Shown in pieces: positions 10,927 through 21,589 of a DNA stretch of 35,444 bases. Under the pieces are notes generated by a model. It was not told the DNA's origin. It saw nothing but the letters and a program-made list of their open reading frames with translations, and searched no databases. The position numbers and the translations under genes are program-made. The stretch is from Octopus bimaculoides (lineage: Eukaryota): positions 59,981,138 to 60,016,581 of the forward strand of contig NC_068984.1 of NCBI RefSeq assembly GCF_001194135.2, given 5' to 3'. Position 1 is the first letter of the stretch. Every line of letters starts with the position of its first letter.

Positions 10927-11260
10927 GTGGCACCTTGGGCAAGTGTCTTCTACTATAGCCTCGGGCTGACCAAAGCCTTGTGAGTGGATTTGGTAGACGG
11001 AAACTGAAAGAAGCCTGTCGTATATATATTTATATATATGTATGTGTGTGTATGTCTGTGTGTCTGTGTTTGTCCCCCCAACACCGCTTGACAACCGATG
11101 CTGGTGTGTTTACGTCCCCGTAACTTAGCAGTTCAGCAAAAGAGACCAATAGAATAAGTACTATGCTTCCAAAGAATAAGTCCTGGGGTCGATTTGCTCG
11201 ACTAAAGGCGGTGCTCCAGCATGGCCACAGTCAAATGACTGAAACAAGTAAAAGAGTAAA
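10927..11260 (+). mobile_element. SINE family A, young copy (5' end in the gap)
   Basis: ggcaccttgggcaagtgtcttctactatagcctcgggctgaccaaagccttgtgagtggatttggtagacggaaactg..., CpG-rich. Confidence 0.92.
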
Positions 11261-11303
11261 GAGAGTATCATATAAACTAATGTTGAACATAACAAAATGC
11301 TCC

Positions 11304-11341
<38 letters not shown>

Positions 11342-11929
11342 TTGTCCTTGCCCATTTATCTATCTATCTATATATCCATGTTGCGCAGTTAGGTGTAAGT
11401 CCCTATATTTCGCAGTATAGGAGAGCAGCAACTCTAAATAAGAACTGACATGGATATATGTGATCTGTTCAGCTCTTGCTAACATAAAAAATATAGGCAA
11501 AAATGGTTATGATGATGGCAACAACTATGATGCTGATGAGATTGGTGATGACTGTGATGATGATGCTTATGACCAACACTGGTATTAGTTGTTTATAACT
11601 CCATGTGTAACACCTTGTTGAAGTATAATTAAAGATATTGCAGTTGTATGAGATATTGTATCTAAACTACATCAGTTAACATGTCCCTTTTTTTTTCGCT
11701 GAGATTGTAGAGTGTGATTAAAAAAAAATTCGGGTATTTTTTCTAGGTGGCAGAATGACCAAAAAGTGGCTTTGTTTGGCTTGACCATTGATGGTCATTG
11801 GTAAAAATTATGCAGAAGTTAATTGTAATGATATAACCATGAAATGAGAATGGTATCTTCTCTGCATTGAGAGGTCACAATTTCAGTTACTATGGACATG
11901 TGATTAGAATGTCACAAGAAAGAATTGTA

Positions 11930-12120
11930 ATACAGGTGACATTGAGGTAAACCAAGAATGATGTGGTTGGATAATATCTGTAGTCTTGATTTGGTCATGC
12001 TTAGGAATCCAGCTGGAAAGTGTAATGATGGCTGCTTCTGATAGGACCCTATGGAAGACATGCTTGAGGACTATACTCCAGTAATCCTCCCAGGAACTGT
12101 GAGCAGAGATGGATGGATGT
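11930..12120 (+). mobile_element. RTE (Expander-like) LINE 3' terminal fragment
   Basis: GKPRMMWLDNICSL then, after a frameshift, WSCLGIQLESVMMAASDRTLWKTCLRT. Matches the RTE C-terminal RPRxRWxDxI...LGI....A.DR..W pattern and ends in gatggatggatg. Confidence 0.7.
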
Positions 12121-12166
12121 TTGGTCCTCATCCAATAAAAAGATAAGAGTTTGAGTCTCAGATATT

Positions 12167-12210
12167 TTATTGAAGAACTGTCCAACCTGTAACATCATCA
12201 ACCTGCCCAC
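12167..12210 (-). CDS. Candidate terminal coding exon (G)GQVDDVTGWTVLQ*
   Basis: Strong acceptor gattgctttttatattttcag|GT; phase-1 frame has A/T-ending codons, then TAA overlapping AATAAA. Link to upstream exons is inferred only. Confidence 0.4.
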
Positions 12211-12393
12211 CTGAAAATATAAAAAGCAATCAATCAAAAAACTGAAATAAAATAATATGATTGTTTAGTTGCAATGGTTGACAACTCTCTTTTTGTAGCG
12301 TCTTCTTCTTATTCTGATATTTATGAAAATAAAATTAAAAAAAACCAAAACCAAACAGTATGCATTATTGCGAGGATTGTAGCTCAAGCAAAA

Positions 12394-12655
12394 CCAATGA
12401 CTCAATTTTTTGGTGTTGTGACAATACCAATGGTGGGGATGATAATGCCATAATATTACAATATTTCAATATGTTTATTGTTGTAGGAAATATTCATTTT
12501 TGAAAGAAAAAAACCCAATAAAACTCATCAAAAATAACAAATAACCAATAGAAAATGTGATTCAAGACAAAAAAAAAAAAGACACAAAAAGAAAGAAAAA
12601 ACAAGTAAAAGTAAAGATTGATGGAGTTGAGCAGGCGGGGTTTTTATCACTTCCG
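12394..12655. promoter_or_regulatory. Possible promoter/enhancer motif cluster
   Basis: CCAAT at 12394 and 12545, TGACTCA at 12398, GC-box-like CAGGCGGGG at 12632, ETS-like CACTTCCG at 12648, in a CpG-poor background. Short motifs that could occur by chance. Confidence 0.25.
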
Positions 12656-13479
12656 AAATGAATCTGAGCCAACTTGTGTATCTTACACATTGTCATTCAA
12701 ATCATATTTTTAGATATCTAATTTACAGCTTTTCAAAACATCTTCAACACATGGTTTACTTTCAACTGTTTTCTTGCAGTAATCAATGGTTCTATTTTTT
12801 TTTTGTGATAAAAGATTTGGCATTGATAATAAACGTTTTTGAAAATGAAAAAAAACAACAAAAAAACTTCATGATCTTTCTCAAGTCTTTAGTAAACTGT
12901 CTTTCATTAGAATATTTTATATTCCAAATGGAATATGCGTGGGTGGGAAACTCTTTGAAACACTTCAACTAGAATCATGAATGATTTTTCAATTATTTTT
13001 GTCTATTTTTTTCCCTAATTCAGGGAGAAGTCAGTATTAAGTCTACAATTACGTTATCTCACTGAATATCAGATAAATCATATAACATATTGGAGTAGTG
13101 TTGATTTTAATGATTTCAGTTTTTCTTGTCCTTATATTGCATTTCAGATAACAATAATGTAATATAACTAATTTATATGTACATATCTGGAGTATGTGTG
13201 TGTCTGTTTGTATTGATGTGCAGAAAATATCTGCACGTACACACACATATACACATACAGTGGTATCACTTACAAATCAAACTATATATGAGCAGAAAGA
13301 AAATTTATTACTCATTTAAATGGTGTAAATTTAGAAAAAAAAAATTGAATTAGAATAATGCAGTTGTTGACAGTATTAATGAACATCACTTAATTCAAGA
13401 ACGTTTATATCATAATATTTTTTCCAACAAAATGAAATGTGTGCATTAGCAGTTGAGAAGAATAAATCTAATGGCATTA

Positions 13480-13722
13480 ATTCTTGGTTGGTATTCAAAT
13501 TTCTCAAAATGGAATCACACCTATAAAGCATTGAATCTATAAATTTGATGATCACATTATCTGGAATTTGGTTTTTTTTTTTAAAGCTATATAATTCAAT
13601 TCCTCCAATTTCATGGATTTCTTTCATTGAATATTTATTTTGAACTGTTTCCATATGATTTCTATTGGATTTAAATCCAGGGATTTTACTGTCAGCTGCA
13701 GTGCTTGGATCTTGTTGCATTT
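13480..13722 (-). mobile_element. Tc1/IS630-type transposase relic (pseudogene)
   Basis: MQQD..., then in another frame SLDLNPIEIIWKQFKINIQ*KKSMKLEEL, then after a shift in an A-run NQIPDNVIIKFIDSMLYRCDSIL. Matches the Tc1 pattern QQDNA...SPDLNPIENxW...LEEL...W.KIP...LIDSMPxRC. Confidence 0.85.
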
Positions 13723-13829
13723 TGTAAATTTCTTTGAGTTTTTTTTTTTTCCCTATAATAAGCTTTTGGTTGTCATTTTCATCATCATCATCATCATGTT
13801 GATATCGTCATTGTCATAGTTGTCATCAT

Positions 13830-14080
13830 CATCATCATCATTTTTAACATCCACTTTTCCAAGCTTACACAATTGGATGGAATTTCTTGAGGTAATTTTC
13901 TGTGGCTGGATGCCCTTCCTATTTTCAACTAGCAATAACCACGCCTTGGATAACCCTCATTGGCTATGGTACCGCCTCTGCGCAAAACAGGGAGGATCCC
14001 CCTCCTGTTGCCAAACCTCACCTGTTTCTAAGAGAAGTAATATTTTCTTATGACTGGACACGTTGTCACAGGAGAATAGA
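13830..14080 (-). mobile_element. SINE family B variant with an internal ~70-bp insert
   Basis: (CAT)n tail, tttaacatccacttttcc, ggctggatgcccttcct, then ctcacctgtttc...gtaatatttt. Confidence 0.7.
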
Positions 14081-15089
14081 AACAAAGGGTGCACTTGGAC
14101 ATCCCATGTAAGGTTCTAAACAACCACAATGGTGAAATGTACATAGGAACAAATGAATTAAACTTGTGTTTATCACAGCTTCTCACATATATATATATGG
14201 TGGTCCTCAACTTGATTTTGAGCTTAATCACTTTGTCATGGGTCATCCAGTTGACTGCCTAGACCTGATTCAGTTTTAATTTCTTTTTTTATGACAAATG
14301 TAGAGAAAAATTTTGTTTAGAATCTCCTCAGCATTGACCCCACCATTGTGCATTCGTCTAAAATGGATTTTCATCCTGGCAATAAGCAGCATACTTTTGG
14401 ACATTAAGGCCTGCAGTACACTGGTGGCGCTGTTGAAATTTATATGTATGCATATTTCATATAAACATTCTGTATTGGTCTCCTGAAATGTGATCTCTCA
14501 TGAACGACAAGATATACACACACATACATACGTATGTACATATGTACATGCATACCCTACCCCACACAGATATATAAAACTTTTATAAAATGTAGGGCAA
14601 CAGTGAGTTCAAAGTTTTGGTCTGTTAGCCTTCATTGGACTATAATATTGGCTTTATATAGCTTTTGGCAAAATGCTTTCCTATCATATATATATATTCT
14701 GGGTTTTGCATTGTTGGTTTTGTCAATAGTGATATGTGAAAAAACAACTTAAATTAAAAATTAGCCCACTTTACTTTACCATTTCACTTATTTGTGTACA
14801 CTAACATGTAACTAGGTTTTACTTACATACACAGGTGCACATGTGTATATTTGTATATATATGTATATGAAATAATTCATTTTTACTGGTAGAACTCAAA
14901 GTAGATAAAGCTATAAAGCACATGTAAATATTGCGTTAAAAACACCTTTTGGACTGAAAAATTCAAAGCAGCCTTTGACTTTTTCTATCTGCTTCAAGTT
15001 CCACTGGTAAAAACAAATTATTTCATGTTCTCTTGAAGTTTCTGAATCCTTATGACATAAACAGTATTTATATATGTTTATATACTCAC

Positions 15090-15110
15090 AGATAAGGAGT
15101 GAATCTTGTC
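15090..15110 (-). CDS. Candidate 21-nt micro-exon (M)TRFTPY(L)
   Basis: tgctttattacag|GACAAGATTCACTCCTTATCT|GTGAGTA; phase 2-2, compatible with the end of exon 19326-19429. Confidence 0.3.
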
Positions 15111-15274
15111 CTGTAATAAAGCACATGTAACATAGAATTAAAAATAGAATTCACAAGAAATTTCAATTGCTATGTATATCTCATCTGAAATAAAACATCT
15201 TTATATATACAGTTGATTAATGTGAACATGCTGATGTACTTCACAAGGACACAACTTGGATTATAACCATTTAT

Positions 15275-15506
15275 ATACATACATACATACATACATACAT
15301 GCATACATACATACATACATACATACATACATACATGCATACATACATACATACATACATGCATACATACATACATACATACATACATACATACATACAT
15401 ACATGCATACATACATACATACATACATACATACATACATACATGCATGCATGCATGCATACATACATACATACATGCATACATACATACATACATACAT
15501 ACATAC
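15275..15506. repeat. (ACAT)n tetranucleotide array with interspersed GCAT variants
   Basis: Direct reading; source of the YVCM/HTYI ORFs. Confidence 0.97.
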
Positions 15507-15679
15507 AAACGAAGATTTTCCATCAACTGAAGTAATGTAATAGGTATGTATTATGAGTGCTCAGTTCAGTTTACCACTAAAATTCTAGCTTGAGCAGGTA
15601 GACATAGGTTAAAATATGAACATATACTTGATGATAAATTGATGCAAGAATTGTAATATATTTAATCAGTGGCTGAGGT

Positions 15680-16080
15680 AGGGTTAGAACTCATTATTTT
15701 TGTGTCTATAGTCAAGTATCTCAGTTGTTCAACCAGTGCACTTCATTGTCTGAAATGTAGAATATTTATATGTAATAACATATTACTGAAAAAGTTCTGG
15801 CTGGAAAGAAGAAAATAGAAAAAATAAATAAAAGAGTAACTGAATATATACATAAAGAAATGAAGAAAGTTAAGCTAGCTTTTCTTGATATAACAACTCT
15901 GTGTGCAGAAGAGTTAATATACAAACTTTGAGTGTAGTTCTTACCACTTTCTTCATTGTTAATAGCGCTAGTAATTACCAGACTAAATCACAATGACTTA
16001 TGTGTTAAGTCTTTGTAATAATTTTCTTTTTTTTTCTGTGTTATTCTTTTACATTGTTTATCTTTACTTTGCTGACTTAC
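15680..16080. repeat. Copy 1 of an old ~400-bp local duplication (copy 2 at 17390-17730)
   Basis: Shared gtgtgcagaagagttaa...ttgttaatagc...gtaattacc.gactaaatca...tgtgttaagtct and a shared tRNA-like head (tggttga.caa...gagttctaa.ccta on the minus strand). Confidence 0.85.
15945..15982 (-). CDS. Candidate 38-nt exon (I)LVITSAINNEES(G)
   Basis: gtgatttag|...GAAAGTG|GTAAGA; only the phase-2 frame is open and it bridges exon 19326-19429 to exon 12167-12210 in frame. Acceptor is weak. Confidence 0.3.
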
Positions 16081-16431
16081 CAACCATATTCTTTCCTTCC
16101 TTCCTTCCTTCCTTCCTTCCCATCATTTTCTTCTTTTACTATTTATTTCAATCCGACTGAAAAAAACAAAACAAAACAAAAAAAAACACACACAACAGTA
16201 CATAAAGAAACAAAGAACAAAACAAACACTTCTGTGTATTTTGTGGTAATATTTCTTTTCAAAGTGTTCATTTCGGTTCCACTTGGCCGATTATTGCTGT
16301 GCTCTAATACTCTACCATCATTACATACTAACCAAACAAGTAGATTTTGCTCAAATCACCAACAAAGTGTCTATATAATCGTTCAACCTGCTCATTTTTC
16401 AGTGTAGTGTAGCAGCAAGATCTTTCCCTCC

Positions 16432-16492
16432 TCAAAACACAGATTTTAATTTCTTCAAAAACTTAGGACCTTTGTGTTTTAAATCTGCATAC
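16432..16492 (-). CDS. Alternative candidate terminal exon (M)YADLKHKGPKFLKKLKSVF*
   Basis: ctatttcaacttttaag|G; phase-2 frame with A/T-ending codons, in frame with exon 19326-19429. Confidence 0.3.
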
Positions 16493-16543
16493 CTTAAAAG
16501 TTGAAATAGGCCCAGTTGCCATACAATATAATGGCCCATAGCC

Positions 16544-16928
16544 TAACCCTTTTTGTTATCATATTTCTGTTGAAATAAACTACTTTTGTTCCAATTAATT
16601 TTGAAAATATTGATTTCAAATTTTGGTACAAGGTCTGCAATTTGTATTTTGAAGGAAGCGAGTTACTTGATTACATTAACCCCCAATTCTCAGCTGGTAC
16701 TTATCTACTTACTTTGAAAGGATGAAAGGCAAAGTTGACTGCAGCAGAATTTGAACTCAGAACATAGTCAGAAGAAATGCTGCTAAGCCTTTTGTCCAAC
16801 ATGTTAGAGTTTGGAATATAAATTAACAGGAAATTTTGGTGGGTGGTTATAAATAAAATCAGTTTAAAACAGCACTTGTATCATAGAACTAGGGGTAGTC
16901 TCAGATAGTTTAACAGTGAAAGAGTTAA
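16544..16928 (+). mobile_element. piggyBac-like MITE interrupted by a family C SINE (16612-16800, minus)
   Basis: Starts ctaaccctttttgtt...atttctgttgaaat...caattaattttgaaaat, resumes ttggaatataaattaaca...gtatcatagaactaggg and ends aaagagttaa; homologous to 18852-19076. Confidence 0.75.
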
Positions 16929-17389
16929 AATATCAATCTGAGCCAACAAGAAGCCCCTGTGTGGTTGTTTGACATGTTAGAAATAGCAATCCAACTGCTT
17001 AGAAGGTTTGCCTGATCAGGGTTGAAATGGAGGCTAATAAATAATAACAATAACATATTAATCAAACAATGCAGTGTCCAATTTGAATGAATATGCCAAA
17101 CATTCTGAAATATTGTTTTTGTTTATCAATAAGTTAATCCTGAATGAGCAGATCTTTGATCAAATACATTCCAGACATGGCCATCCACCTTAATTTCAGA
17201 CATAGAATAATGTAATTCTGGATATACTATGCTTCCCTTTTTAAAAATAGTTTGAGGAAATTTAGTTGTTATTTCTAGCAAATTGAGAAAAAACAAATAG
17301 AAGCTCTCTTATTGGTTTGCATTCTTGCATGCTTATGTCCAAAGTACTGCTCTTATGGGCGACTACTAAACATTAGCTACTTCTTCTTT

Positions 17390-17730
17390 AGGATTAGAAC
17401 TCTTCATGTCCACAGCTAGGTCCCTGATTTGCTCAACCAACCTATCCAGACATTTAACTATATCAACATATTATTGATTGGTAAATTTCTGTCTGTTAAG
17501 AAAGTTAAATTATATAAAGAAATGAAATAAAGAAAGGAAATGAAGTTAGCTTTTCTGATATAATGAGGTGTGCAGAAGAGTTAACATAACAAAATTTAAA
17601 AGTAGTTCATGTCACTTCCTTCGTTGTTAATAGCTCCAGTAATTACCTGACTAAATCACCACCACTTGTGTGTTAAGTCTCTGTTATAGGTTTTTCTATT
17701 TGTGGTTTATCATTACTTTGCTGATCACCA
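17390..17730. repeat. Copy 2 of the local duplication (see 15680-16080)
   Basis: Alignment by eye, roughly three quarters identical in the core. Confidence 0.85.
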
Positions 17731-18019
17731 AGAGGATATCTATTAACTTTGCAGATGAATCAATGAGGGAGACTTTATGTTGTCACTTGACCAGCTGGAA
17801 ATAGAAACCAAATCCCTTAAATAACATCCTATCATTCTTATATTTTTCTTTACATTGCTATGAGGTTCAGGCATGGCTGTGTGATTAAGCCATTATTGGT
17901 CAATATCCTATTTTTGGGACAGAGATTTTAAACTTAATATAAATAATATTATAAAGACTTCTGTGTTTCTTTTGTTATATACTCCATATTTACAACATTC
18001 TAGCACCAGTGTTTTTTAT

Positions 18020-18350
18020 GGTGCTGCTGCCGCATAAATGGCTGGTTCTGTGTAAAAAGAACTGGTGCTGGTGCTACTTAAAAAGCACCCACTACACTCT
18101 GTAAAGTGGTTGGCATTAGGAAGGGCATTGAGTTGTAGAAACCAAGCCAAAACAGACAATGGAATCTGGTGTGGCCTCAGGCTTTGTCAGTTCCTGTCAA
18201 GCTGTCCAACCTAGTGCTTTTATGTGATGCCAGCACCCACACCAACGTTTTTTATGTGACACCTTGGTTTTAAGATCTCAATTCTGTTGTAATGGGCAGG
18301 TCTTCTTGAGTACAGCAATATACTACATATCTCGGTCCTCTGTCAACCAT
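18020..18350. mobile_element. SINE family B composite (plus core, then rearranged sub-repeats)
   Basis: aaaaagcacccactacactctgtaaagtggttggcattaggaagggcatt...gctgtccaacc. Confidence 0.7.
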
Positions 18351-18851
18351 GGCTCAAAAATATGAATTCATCTTGAAAAGCTTGTGTGCATACATTTTTT
18401 TTGATTTGTGTACCAGTTGTAAAATGTTTTTGCATGCACAAGAGCACAGATTAGAATGAATACTATTTGCAAGCCTTGATATGGCTTTTGTGATTATTAG
18501 GAAGAAGGGAAGGAGGAAGTTATCTTCAAGTTTGAGAATTTACCCTAAAGCTTGCAATAAAGTGGGCTTTGCTAAAGCCACCCAAGGACCTTGTAGTAAT
18601 GTTAAACTGAGTAACAGATTAAGTCTACCATCTATGTAGTCAACAGCAGAATTTGAACTCAGACTATACAGAACCAGAACAAATACTGCGAAGCATCCTA
18701 GCCAATGTTCGATGGAGACATACATCAATATATACCCTTCTCAAGTAGTGTATCCTGTCTGATTCTGTTAATCAATCTTCTACACTTCTAACATCTTAAA
18801 CCATTGGTGGAAGCACTTGTAAATGGTTACTGTTTTTTTTATCACTATTAA

Positions 18852-19076
18852 CCCTTTTGTCACCAAATTTCTGTTAAAAAACTATACTGTTTTTGTTTCA
18901 ATTAATTTTGAAAATCATGGAGAATTTACTGAAATAACTTTGTGACTATTAAGCTGATGAATGGAGCATATATTTACAAGAAATTTTGATGGGAAGTTTT
19001 AACTTAGATCCCTTTAAAATGAGAAGTTTGTGTCATAGAATGAAGGGTGCTCTCAGGCAGATAGGTATCAAAAAGG
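18852..19076 (+). mobile_element. piggyBac-like MITE flanked by TTAA
   Basis: TTAA(18848-51) CCCTTTTGTCACC ... GGTATCAAAAAGG TTAA(19077-80). Imperfect TIR and a TTAA duplication, which are piggyBac hallmarks. Confidence 0.8.
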
Positions 19077-19325
19077 TTAATGTTTTCTCTTTCCCAGTGA
19101 ACATGAAGTGTAGCTTTTGATGGAGCTAGTTCTACTGAAAGACTTTCTCTGTTATGTCACCACTCAACATTGATTTCTGCCTCTTGTGAATTTTGGCGAA
19201 AGCATGTTGTTGCTCATGATATCTTGGCTCTGACTTGCATGGAAATCCTCTAGCCTTTTTGGATTAAGAGTTTACTGTCACATTGCCTCATTGCATTGAT
19301 GGAGTTCTTTCTGTCCTTGACTTAC

Positions 19326-19429
19326 ATTATACCAACTCTGGTGTAGTTCAGTTTGATTACATCTCCCAAATCCTTATCAACAATCTCACTAAAGTTGTTA
19401 AAAAAGAATCTATATTCCTCACATAACCA
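19326..19429 (-). CDS. Coding exon candidate WLCEEYRFFFNNFSEIVDKDLGDVIKLNYTRVGI (unknown protein)
   Basis: atttatttcaacag|TGG...ATAAT|GTAAGT; 104 nt; only frame 0 is open; in frame with 20511-20670. Confidence 0.6.
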
Positions 19430-19619
19430 CTGTTGAAATAAATTTCCAGTTAGGTTACTAGATAAAATGCCGTGTAATAAATAATGATAACATTTCTTAA
19501 CTAGATATCATTTTGAATATATCTTCTTTAGATACCAATATATTAATTTTACTATGTATCTTAAATATATTAAACGTGCTAAATTTATTAATATATCAAA
19601 CATGCATTATATTGTATTC

Positions 19620-19985
19620 ATATTATAACATGAAAAAATACAAGAATATTAAAAAAAACTATGAGAATATTTTAAAGTATATCATAAAAATACAAGCATG
19701 AAATATGGAAACATTTTAAAGCATAAAACAACAAAATAAAATTATGAAGTATGGGAATATTTTAAATGTAACATTCAATATGAGAATATTTTAAAATATA
19801 ATAAAATAAAAAAAATAGGAGATTGTAGATATTTTGATATTTTGTAATGATTTAAAATATTTCTAAATATAAAAGAAAAATTATGGAACTGTCCTAAAAT
19901 ATAAAAGAAAAAAAAAAGAATTATCTGAATATTTAAAATGTAATAAAAAGAACATGAAATATGGGAACATTATAAAATATTTGAG
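19620..19985. repeat. Extremely AT-rich degenerate minisatellite (unit like atgggaatattttaaaatataaaa)
   Basis: Recurrent gaatattttaaa / aacattttaaa motifs about every 35-45 bp. Confidence 0.7.
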
Positions 19986-20510
19986 ATTAATTTGAGGTAG
20001 GGGTACCTACATTTAAATGATAAACCACAGTATAAAAACATAAACAAATGCAAATGTATTTTGTTATTCTCTTCATATAAGGAAAAATATTAGAATTGCT
20101 TTTACATGTTTCACAGACAGAAAATCAGAGTACATATCTTCTGATGGATGGCTGCTAAGTGAAACATAAAGATAATTCCAGTATTTTACTTTGTATGAAG
20201 AGAATAACAAAATATGTTTACCTTTGTTTATGTTTTTACAGTGAGGCTTATATTACAAATTGTACGTATCCCTACGTTAAATTTATCTCAGATTTTCTAA
20301 TATGTGTTTTGTATAAATATTTATTATTTAATTTCAAAATATACTAACATTTATATGAAACATAGGAAGCTTTTAAAAATGTTATGTGGAACAACTTGCT
20401 TGTCAAGCATGTGGTTTTCAGTTTGATCCCCCTGTGTGACACTTTTGTGTAGGTAGGTAGGTAGGTAGGTAGGTATATATGTCTTTATCAACTTCTATGT
20501 TTATACTTAC

Positions 20511-20670
20511 TGGTGGGAGCCAGTGCATTGATTTGCATCTCTTTAGGTAAAACAACAATATAACTTTAGGACCGATAAAACTTGCAGCATGCTTAAAGAA
20601 GCACTGGTGAGTTAATATATTTGACAAAGTTCTTTGTTGGCAATGTCCCTGTATAGCTGCAGTACATTGA
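20511..20670 (-). CDS. Coding exon candidate QCTAAIQGHCQQRTLSNILTHQCFFKHAASFIGPKVILLFYLKRCKSMHWLPP (unknown protein)
   Basis: Very long pyrimidine tract ending ttttttttcag|T and donor CCA|GTAAGTA; 160 nt; one open frame, in which nearly all fourfold-degenerate codons end in A/T. Confidence 0.6.
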
Positions 20671-20834
20671 CTGAAAAAAAAATGCAGTAAAAGAATAAAA
20701 GGAATATAAGAATAAATGCAATAAAAAAATTGAATATTGTATAACAAATTGAAGGAATCAGATCTGATTTCATAATTCATATGCTAATAATTATCTATCT
20801 GTCTATGTATTGTATATATGTGCATGTTTATATA

Positions 20835-21145
20835 TATGTGGTTAGGGTAATCAGCTACCAATCATAAGGTTGCGATTTTGATTCCAGATGGTGTGTTGTG
20901 TCCTTGAGTAAGACACTTTATTTCACATTGCTCCAGTCCACTCAGCTGGCAAAAATGAGTAGTTCCTGTATTTCAAAGGGCCAGCCTTGTCACACTCTGT
21001 GTCACGGTGAATCTCCCTGAGAACTACATTAAGAGTGTGCATGTCTGTAGAGTGCTTAGCCACTTGCATGTTAATTTCATGTGCAGGCTGTTCCATTAAT
21101 TGGATCAACTGGAACCCTTGTTGTTGTAACTGACAGAGTGCCAGT
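20835..21145 (+). mobile_element. tRNA-derived SINE family D
   Basis: gtggttagggt...gattccag...gtgtccttgagtaagacactt...tgctccagtccactcagctggcaaaaatgagta; the gtccttgag.aagacact box is typical of conserved-domain SINEs. Confidence 0.75.
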
Positions 21146-21472
21146 TACACACACACACACACATACATTCCTGTATCTCTCTCCCTCTCTTTCTCTTTCT
21201 GTCTATCTCTGTCTCTATACACACAAACAGGTGCACATGCACTGCACTCACACTCACCACATATAAAATCTGATTTAGAAAATGTGTAAGTATTGCTTTT
21301 GTAAAAGTATTTCAATCACAGGTAAATTGATTAACAGTTTGTGGCAGTTAAATTAATTAACAATCATAAAATATTCATTAGGTATAACAAATATATTTTT
21401 AAAAAATTGTTGATTTTTATGCCTTATTCTTTAAGAATTCAGGAATACTGGTGTAGTCAGATTGAAACTTAC

Positions 21473-21520
21473 CTCTGATTAACAACAGCATAGATAAATT
21501 AAATACTTAAAAAAGTCAAA
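21473..21520 (-). other. 48-nt exon-like segment with stops in all three frames
   Basis: ccttctccattttcag|TTTGAC...CAGAG|GTAAGT: consensus splice sites on both sides. Confidence 0.4.
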
Positions 21521-21589
21521 CTGAAAATGGAGAAGGTAGCTGTGTGTTACTTATACACAATTAAAGCCAGTGTGAGACATCTGGGTATC

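Noticed and set aside
12196-12210. Selenoprotein-like WAG-UGA-UGA ending
   Set aside because: No SECIS recognised downstream and no redox motif.
14290-14429. GGVNAEEILNKIF resembling the MnmE/GTPBP3 C-terminus, or exon RHQCTAGLNVQKYAAYCQDENPF*
   Set aside because: The frame continues LYICHKK rather than xDFCIGK; the other frame could not be phased to any upstream exon.
16330-16430. Frame RERSCCYTTLKNEQVERLYRHFVGDLSKIYLF ending at a GTTAGT donor
   Set aside because: No credible in-phase acceptor and an upstream in-frame stop.
17370-17455. Protein-like frame KCLDRLVEQIRDLAVDMKSSNPKEEVANV*
   Set aside because: The DNA is a tRNA-like head homologous to 15680-15740, where the frame is not kept.
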